Positions 1 through 5,593 of a stretch of DNA of 23,188 nt are shown piece by piece. Position 1 is the first letter of the stretch. Every line of letters begins with the position of its first letter. Both the position numbers and the translations under genes were made by a program. The stretch lies in NCBI GenBank assembly GCA_031409655.1, contig JANNXQ010000134.1, forward strand, positions 1 through 23,188. Reading direction: 5' to 3'. The DNA is from Chthoniobacteraceae bacterium. Lineage in GTDB: Bacteria > Verrucomicrobiota > Verrucomicrobiia > Chthoniobacterales > Chthoniobacteraceae. Under the pieces are notes generated by a model. The model did no database searches, was not told the origin of the DNA, and saw only the letters and a list, made by a program, of their open reading frames with translations.

Positions 1-1988
1 CCGGACGCATCGAGCCGCGTCGCCGTGGCCGAGATCACCGCACCGACCGCGACATTGGCAAAGATCTCCGTGCCCCACTGCGCGTTGTTCGCGGAATCCG
101 TGCGCACATTCACAAAGCCGAGATAAGTCTGCCCCTCGCCATTGCCCGTGCCGTCGCCCGCGGTGTTCGAGAAGATTTCGATGCGATAGAAAGAGTTCGC
201 GACCGAGTTCAGCGTGCCACCCACCGCGAGCCGGCTGGCCGCATTGGTGACCGCGCGCGTGAGCACGGGAAAGTTTTGCTGATTGTTCGCGCCACCATCG
301 CCGTCGTTGGCGTCGTTCGCAGTCACGCCGTTCGCGCCTAGGTCGATGCCGAGGCCGGTGTTGGAGTGGATCGTGTTGCCGAGGAAACGATTGCCCGTGC
401 CCGCGCTCGCATCCGCCCAGATGCCGTCGCCCGTGTTGTGGGCGATCACATTTCCCTCGCCCGTGCCGGTGCCGCCGATGGTGTGGTTCGCGGAGCCGTT
501 CCAGAGGTAGATGCCGCCGACGGCATTACCGAGCGCCCCGCTGCCGGTCACGGTGGTGCCGATGTAATTTCCCCGAACGACGCTCCCACTCGCGGAACTG
601 TAGAACTCGATGCCATACCCGAGCCCGCCGGAAATCACGTTTCGATCCGCGACGGTCGTGCCGCCGACGATCACGCCGTCCGCCTTGATGCCGAGCGATC
701 CGAAGGGGCCGTCGCTGGCGTTGCCGAGCGCCACCGTGCCGGAGACATCGGTGCCGAGGTAATTGCCGACGATCGTGGAGCCATCGGCGTTCACATCGAC
801 CTCGATGGCATTGTCGTCCGCGCTATGGATGACCAGCCCGCGGACCGTGGACGCACCCGTCGTCAGGGCGATCGCATTGAGGTCGCCCGTGTTTACGCCG
901 GTGGCATTGATCTCGATGATCGGCCCCTTGCTGGCCGCGTAGCCCGGCTGCGTCGAGCCGTCGATGATCACCGCCTGCGTCACGTCGAGATTCGCCCCGC
1001 TCAAGTTGATCCGATACCACGAGCGCGCCGTGCCCGCCGGGTAGTTCGCATCGAAGTCGCTGATCGCGCCATCCGCCGATGTCGTGACCACCGGCGCGCT
1101 GAAGCCCGCCGCGGCATTGTCGCGGTAATAGAAGTGATTCGCGTCGGTGAGCGGGATGTTGAAGGTGATGGTGTCCGTGCCCGCGAGCGCATTGGCATCG
1201 AGGATCGCCTGCCGCAGCGAACCGGCGCCGGAGTTGTTCGTATTCGTGACCGTTAAGGTCGCGAGCGACCCGCCCCACGCACTCGTGAGCGCCGAACTAA
1301 AGGGGAGCGTCGTCGTGATGGTCCCGAGCGCATACTCCAGTGCCCAATCCCCCCCGAGCGCTGCGCTGCCCGTGTCATTCGTGCTCGCCGCGAGATCGGC
1401 CTGGGTGGCGCTGGAGAGTGCAGCGAGCAGCTCCCGACCCGCCGCGCTCCCCGCGAGGTCGCAGCCGTAAAAGAGCAGATCGGCATCGGCGCTGAGGGCC
1501 GTGCCCCAGGCCGCGATGGCGTCGCGCTGCTGCGCCAGCGCCGCGCCGTCGATCCAGGTCGCGCCCAGCTTCACCGCGCGATCCGTGCCGTGGGTGACGA
1601 AGTGGATCGCATCGAGCTCGCTGCGCCCCGCGAGCGCCTGCGTGATCTGCGCGATCCCATCCCGCTCCGCATCCAGCAACACCACCTCGATCTCGTCCCC
1701 CGGCGCCCGGTGCGAGAGCACGTCATCCACAAACCACTGGTAATCCTCGACCCCGGTATCGACGAAGATCAGCTCCCGGCGCTGGGCCGCAGCCGGCTGC
1801 GCGCTCGCCGCCACGTCCGCATCCGGCAGCACCGCCAGTGTCTCAGTCTCCGCGCGCTGGACGGTGGCGGCCACGTCGTGCTGCGGATCCGGCGCCTCCT
1901 CCACCGGCGCCGCGGCGCTGCACAGGATGCGATCTTCAAAAGTCTCCAGCAGGAGCTTTCGGCGATTTTTGGAATTGCGACGAGCCAT
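1..1988 (-). CDS. Large secreted/surface protein, 5' part only (LEPR-XLL N-terminal motif, DUF4347 domain, beta-helix-type repeats); runs off the left edge
   Basis: Not in the ORF track because there is no stop in the window. Manual translation from ATG 1988 gives MARRNSKNRRKLLLETFEDRILCSAAP (LEPR-XLL-like). It continues with DUF4347 signatures (ELIFVDTGVEDY...LDAIHFVTHG...ADLLFYGCDLA...DLAASTNDTGSAALGGDWALE), then VTNTNNSGAGSLRQAILDANA, GNYLGTD/GNYIGTT repeats, GLGIDLG...ANNQQNFPVL and GNGEGQTYLG. Confidence 0.85.
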   Translation of the reverse strand, partial: MARRNSKNRRKLLLETFEDRILCSAAAPVEEAPDPQHDVAATVQRAETETLAVLPDADVAASAQPAAAQRRELIFVDTGVEDYQWFVDDVLSHRAPGDEIEVVLLDAERDGIAQITQALAGRSELDAIHFVTHGTDRAVKLGATWIDGAALAQQRDAIAAWGTALSADADLLFYGCDLAGSAAGRELLAALSSATQADLAASTNDTGSAALGGDWALEYALGTITTTLPFSSALTSAWGGSLATLTVTNTNNSGAGSLRQAILDANALAGTDTITFNIPLTDANHFYYRDNAAAGFSAPVVTTSADGAISDFDANYPAGTARSWYRINLSGANLDVTQAVIIDGSTQPGYAASKGPIIEINATGVNTGDLNAIALTTGASTVRGLVIHSADDNAIEVDVNADGSTIVGNYLGTDVSGTVALGNASDGPFGSLGIKADGVIVGGTTVADRNVISGGLGYGIEFYSSASGSVVRGNYIGTTVTGSGALGNAVGGIYLWNGSANHTIGGTGTGEGNVIAHNTGDGIWADASAGTGNRFLGNTIHSNTGLGIDLGANGVTANDANDGDGGANNQQNFPVLTRAVTNAASRLAVGGTLNSVANSFYRIEIFSNTAGDGTGNGEGQTYLGFVNVRTDSANNAQWGTEIFANVAVGAVISATATRLDAS

Positions 1989-2069
1989 CGAAGCCTAGGG
2001 GGAAAGCACCATCCATTCCCGACGTGCCGGCGCGCGGGCTGACTTCGGACCAGACGATTCGAGTAGAAT

Positions 2070-2085
2070 AGCTACGACCGTGCCG
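2070..2085 (-). promoter_or_regulatory. Possible sigma54 (-24/-12) promoter for the DUF4347 gene
   Basis: The minus strand reads CGGCACG-GTCG-TAGCT, i.e. GG-N10-GC, close to the TGGCACG-N4-TTGCW consensus, ~80 bp upstream of ATG 1988. Confidence 0.4.
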
Positions 2086-2377
2086 GGAACGGAGGCGCAG
2101 GCCGCAGTCCGCAAACCTCAGGGGCTCAGAGTCCGTCCGCCCTCCACGTCGCAGTCTCAATCCGACGAAATTTACGGCCCGCTTTGGGCAGTCAGCTTCA
2201 AGGGTTAATCACCCCCCGGCCCGTCGTGGACGAGGATAGCACTGCGGGCTACGGCGCCTCGACAAAGGCATGCCGGTCTCGCAAAATCGTGGCGATGGGC
2301 GCTGGCACTGAATTTTCAAGATCCCGCGACCGCACGCCCGCGACCCCGGCGTGATCCCGGCCCGACGCTTCCTCAAG

Positions 2378-3556
2378 ATGACTCGCAAAAAGCAAACCGC
2401 CCCACTGCCCCGGAATGTCGCGCTGAAAATCCAGCGCCGGCGCTACGCGGCGGATGCGGTGTATGAGATCGGGTTGCATCACGATCTGCGTCGCGGTGGG
2501 GCGGGCGCGGGGATCGTCGCCTTGCACGAGGCGTTTTTTTTTGAAGGACACATCTGCATGGCTTACGAGCGGCATGGGTTCAGCCTGGAGCGCGCGCTGC
2601 GCCGCGGACCGCTGACGCCGGGACGCACCCGGCGGGTCGTGCGGGCGCTGCTGGAGGCGCTGGCCGGGATGCACGCCTGCGGCTACACCCACACCGATGT
2701 GAAGCCGGACAACATCCTCTACGATGCGCGGTCCGGCGAAGCGGTGCTCGCCGATCTCGGCTGCGCGCAGCGCGAACTGCGGCAGGGCTCGCATCCGGGG
2801 ACTCGCGAGTATCTCGCACCGGAAATCCTGCTTGGCGCGCCGCTCACGCCGGCGCTCGATCTCTGGTCGCTCGGTTGCAGCACCTTTGAAATGCTCACGG
2901 GCGCGTGCCTTTTTCATCCCCGTCGGGCCGCTGCGCGGAAATATCGGGAGTTTAGCTCTGGAGAGGATGCCATCGAGGTGCCGCGCGCCGAGAGCGCGGT
3001 GCGCGACGAGGCGGAGGAGGACGCCGAGCAGCGGGCGCCCGGCCAGATCTTCGCGGGGAAATACCGCCTCCGCCGCCGCCTGGGATCGGGCCGCTTTGGG
3101 ACGGTGTGGGACGCCGAGCGCATCGCCGATCACGCCCTCGATGGCACCTACGCCACCCTCTGGGGCCATGCCCAGAACCTCGCGGCCCCCGCGCCGTCTC
3201 CCACCGGGAGCGAGGATGGCGACCGTGCGTGGCGGAGGGCCAAAGGCGCGGATGATCTGCTCGATCTCACGCTGCGTTACGAGCACGTCCTGCTCATGGC
3301 CACGCACTGCGGCGCTTTCCCGCCGACGCTCACTGAGGGTGCGCGCTATCGGGATTCATTCCTCGAGCCGGATGGAGCCGTGCGATTCCGGCCCGCGATC
3401 CGGCGAGTCTCGCTCCGCGAACGCCTCCGGCGCGGGAGCGATCTGCGCGGCCTGGCGCTCGACGGAGCGTGCGATTTTCTCACCGGCTTGTTGCAGCTCG
3501 ATCCCCCGGCGCGTCCGACGGTTGCCGCGGCGCGGGAGCACGATTGGCTGAAATAG
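2378..3556 (+). CDS. Eukaryote-like Ser/Thr protein kinase, SRPK/CLK (CMGC)-like, with displaced subdomain I; alternative start GTG 2351
   Basis: Motifs: VALK (2417-2428), alphaC Glu (AVYEIGL), HICMAYE, HTDVKPDNIL, LADLG, GTREYLAPEILLG, DLWSLGCSTFEMLTG..LF, EHVLLM...G.FP, DFLTGLLQLDP..RPT...EHDWL. GSGRFGTVW occurs internally at 3083-3109. An in-frame TGA at 2309-2311 limits N-terminal extension. Confidence 0.88.
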   Translation: MTRKKQTAPLPRNVALKIQRRRYAADAVYEIGLHHDLRRGGAGAGIVALHEAFFFEGHICMAYERHGFSLERALRRGPLTPGRTRRVVRALLEALAGMHACGYTHTDVKPDNILYDARSGEAVLADLGCAQRELRQGSHPGTREYLAPEILLGAPLTPALDLWSLGCSTFEMLTGACLFHPRRAAARKYREFSSGEDAIEVPRAESAVRDEAEEDAEQRAPGQIFAGKYRLRRRLGSGRFGTVWDAERIADHALDGTYATLWGHAQNLAAPAPSPTGSEDGDRAWRRAKGADDLLDLTLRYEHVLLMATHCGAFPPTLTEGARYRDSFLEPDGAVRFRPAIRRVSLRERLRRGSDLRGLALDGACDFLTGLLQLDPPARPTVAAAREHDWLK

Positions 3557-3658
3557 GGCGGACGGGGAGACCGACGCCTCGTGACCGCATTCCGGTAGGA
3601 GGGCGTGGCCCGTCCTGGGAGTTATGGAAAGAACTAAAAAATGCATTCAGTGTAATTA

Positions 3659-3675
3659 TTGGCCGTGGATCTGCT
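3659..3675 (+). promoter_or_regulatory. Possible sigma54 promoter for precursor 1
   Basis: TTGGCCGTGGATCTGCT is GG-N10-GC in a TGGC/TGCT context after an AT-rich stretch. The predicted start (~3686) lies just before the 5' hairpin at 3689. Confidence 0.35.
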
Positions 3676-3743
3676 TCAATGTTCTATCGGCCTCCCGGGT
3701 GGATTCACCATTCAGAGGCCTTCCGTACCAAATAAAATACAGC

Positions 3744-3965
3744 ATGAAACAGAGCATCACTGACAAGTTCGCCACCGACGCCATCGCCGCTCCTGCGGCT
3801 GTGACCGGTGGCTGTGGAAAAGGCGGGAAACGCAGCAAGAGCGGCAAGAGTGGCCGGCAAACGAACAAGGGCCGGAGGGGGAGCGGCAAGAGTGGCAGTG
3901 GCAAGAGCGGCAGCGGCAAGAGCGGGAGCCGTTGCGGCGGCGCTGCGGGTGACCAATTCAATTGA
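3744..3965 (+). CDS. Double-glycine-leader precursor peptide 1 (73 aa; Ser/Gly/Lys/Arg-rich core)
   Basis: MKQSITDKFATDAIAAPAAVTGG|CGKGGKRSKSGKSGRQTNKGRRGSGKSGSGKSGSGKSGSRCGGAAGDQFN. Similarity to the paralog starts at this ATG. The leaders differ by 5 synonymous and 2 nonsynonymous changes. A-rich sequence precedes the ATG and a terminator follows the gene. Confidence 0.85.
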   Translation: MKQSITDKFATDAIAAPAAVTGGCGKGGKRSKSGKSGRQTNKGRRGSGKSGSGKSGSGKSGSRCGGAAGDQFN

Positions 3966-4020
3966 TCAGCCGGTGAGCGCGGGCTTGAACTGATCGTCGG
4001 TTCGCCTCGAAAAAATGAAG

Positions 4021-4058
4021 GACAGGAGGGTTCGTGAGAGCCCTCCTGTCTTCTTTTT
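4021..4058 (+). terminator. Rho-independent terminator after precursor 1
   Basis: GACAGGAGGGTTC-GTGA-GAGCCCTCCTGTC (13-bp stem with one G-U pair, GNRA loop) followed by TTCTTTTT. Confidence 0.85.
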
Positions 4059-4132
4059 AGGGGGGCGCGTGCTGTCAGCCGCTGCGGCCGGGGATGGCCG
4101 AAAACAAAGGTCGAGAATCGTCAAACCGGCGA

Positions 4133-4154
4133 CGAATCGCGCGAATCGCGCGAA
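4133..4154. repeat. Short tandem repeat (CGAATCGCG)x2.4
   Basis: CGAATCGCG CGAATCGCG CGAA seen directly. It resembles short intergenic repeats common in PVC genomes; no inverted partner was seen. Confidence 0.5.
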
Positions 4155-4360
4155 CCAGAGAGACTGTGCGAAGATTCCGGCCACTTCCAAAAGTCCAGAA
4201 AGCGCTGCTGAGTCTCAATTGCAATTATGAAAATGTGACGTTTACGTGAAAAAGATGTTGCCGGATGGCGGCGAAAAGTACCAGCCTCGCACATGTCTTC
4301 CGGATGGAATTCCTCTGCCTGGGAGGCGAAATCAGAAACCCAAAAAACAAAACAAACAGT

Positions 4361-4582
4361 ATGAAACAGAGCATCACTGAAAAGTTCGCCGCCGACGCTA
4401 TTGCCGCACCCGCGGCCGTGACCGGTGGCGGTGGGAAATGCAAAGGTGGCAAGAGCGGCGGCAGCAAGAGCGGGAAGAGCGGTGGCAGCAAGAGCGGCAA
4501 GAGTGGCAGCAGCCGCAGCGGCGGCAGCAAGAGCGGCGGCAGCAAGAGCGGTGGCGGTGGCTGCGCCCCAAAGTGCTGGTAA
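4361..4582 (+). CDS. Double-glycine-leader precursor peptide 2 (73 aa; GSKSG-repeat core)
   Basis: MKQSITEKFAADAIAAPAAVTGG|GGKCKGGKSGGSKSGKSGGSKSGKSGSSRSGGSKSGGSKSGGGGCAPKCW. The leader is 21/23 identical to precursor 1. A-rich sequence precedes the ATG and a terminator follows the gene. Confidence 0.87.
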   Translation: MKQSITEKFAADAIAAPAAVTGGGGKCKGGKSGGSKSGKSGGSKSGKSGSSRSGGSKSGGSKSGGGGCAPKCW

Positions 4583-4633
4583 CGCACTGAACGCAGGCTC
4601 GAGCCGATCGCCGGCTCGCCTTACCAAGATTGT

Positions 4634-4666
4634 CAGGAGGGCTCGCAAGAGCCCTCCTGTTTTTTT
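4634..4666 (+). terminator. Rho-independent terminator after precursor 2
   Basis: CAGGAGGGCTC-GCAA-GAGCCCTCCTG (perfect 11-bp stem, GNRA loop) followed by 7 T; homologous to the terminator at 4021. Confidence 0.9.
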
Positions 4667-4680
4667 GAGGGATGCGCGCT

Positions 4681-5487
4681 TCAGCGCAAGCCGGCCGCGC
4701 GCAGACGTTCCTCGACCCACGCGGCATCCTCGGCCGCGACGGGTGGATCGAGCGGGTGCCGGTAATCCGCCAGCCAGTAGCGGCCGGTGCGATAACACCG
4801 ATCAATGAGCGCCTGCACCGCGAGCGGCACATCGGGATCGGTCGGGCGCAAGGGCACGCGGATCGTCGGCAGCGGCTCGCGCAGCGGGCAGAGATAGACT
4901 TCGCGCCGCGTGAAATCCGTGGGTGTGGGCCGCGCGACGCACACGAGGTGCGAGGTGCCCAGCGGGCGCGTGAATTGATCAAGCGGGACTGCGGCGACGT
5001 GGCTGCCGCCGCGGATGAGATCGATCTCGACGAGATTCACCGGCGCGGAGAGCAGATTCCGCTGCCGTGCGCGATAGGAAAACCAGCCGTCTTCGCGTTT
5101 GTTGGTGGGACTGAGTACTTCGATCACCGTGACGAGCCGGCCATGTACGTCGCGGATTTCGATCCACCGCTCGGGGATCGGATCATCATGCACGATCATC
5201 GGTTCGGCCACGGCGACAGTCCCCGAAGCAGCCGCGCCTTCCGGCTGCCAGAGCGGCGGAAAGCCTTCGCGCCACGACTCCACCACCGCCACGTCGGCGC
5301 GATAACCTTTGGGCTTTTCGTCGCCGGTGACTGCGACGCGCTCTTCGGTGCGAGCACTGAGATCGGCGGGGAGTTCTTCGCCTAGCGCTTCGCGGATGAA
5401 TCCGAGCAACGCGAGATGTACGTCGCTCCAATACTCCTGGAGATACGGATTCATTCCGGGGAAGGGATTGGGCGGCGGCGCGGGCAT
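4681..5487 (-). CDS. DUF4058 family protein (putative PD-(D/E)xK nuclease-like), 268 aa
   Basis: N-terminal PNPFPGMNPYL...WSDVH, then RADVAV, WIEIRD...LVTVIEVLSPTNK, NLVEIDLIRGG and LREPLPTIRVPL. Start set at ATG 5487 rather than the ORF-track 5601. Confidence 0.85.
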   Translation of the reverse strand: MPAPPPNPFPGMNPYLQEYWSDVHLALLGFIREALGEELPADLSARTEERVAVTGDEKPKGYRADVAVVESWREGFPPLWQPEGAAASGTVAVAEPMIVHDDPIPERWIEIRDVHGRLVTVIEVLSPTNKREDGWFSYRARQRNLLSAPVNLVEIDLIRGGSHVAAVPLDQFTRPLGTSHLVCVARPTPTDFTRREVYLCPLREPLPTIRVPLRPTDPDVPLAVQALIDRCYRTGRYWLADYRHPLDPPVAAEDAAWVEERLRAAGLR

Positions 5488-5593
5488 GGTTCGCACGCTA
5501 GCGAGTTCCGGTCGAAAACCCAGCCTGAACTCTTTGCCACAGGGCTGCACCAAGGTTCTTGCCGCAGCGACGCTCGCTCGCTCACCCTCTGCC

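Noticed and set aside
2270..2350. In-frame upstream segment MPVSQNRGDGRWH*IFKI as a degenerate N-terminal P-loop of the kinase
   Set aside because: It only weakly resembles GxGxFG, contains a stop, lies too far from VALK, and a far better subdomain I exists internally. Worth rechecking against homologs.
3555..3616. Long imperfect hairpin after the kinase stop as a terminator or ncRNA
   Set aside because: It has several bulges and no U-tract, and cannot be told from chance pairing at this GC content.
3963..4007. Selenocysteine readthrough of the precursor 1 TGA using the downstream hairpin as a SECIS
   Set aside because: The same hairpin follows the TAA-terminated paralog, and readthrough would run into the terminator with an unrelated sequence.
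3830..4560. CRISPR array or non-coding tandem repeat in the GGCAAGAGC-rich tracts
   Set aside because: There are no unique spacers, and variation is mostly at third codon positions, consistent with coding repeats.
3744..4582. Lanthipeptide interpretation of the Ser+Cys cores
   Set aside because: No LanB, LanC, LanM, lyase or cyclase domain is in the window, the kinase is stand-alone, and Ser greatly outnumbers Cys. Enzymes encoded elsewhere cannot be excluded.
5309..5593. N-terminal extensions in the ORF track (transporter from 5309; also precursors from 3624/4265, HEAT gene from 16941, lptD from 22074)
   Set aside because: They overlap other genes or UTR structures and precede the recognisable family N-termini or signal peptides.
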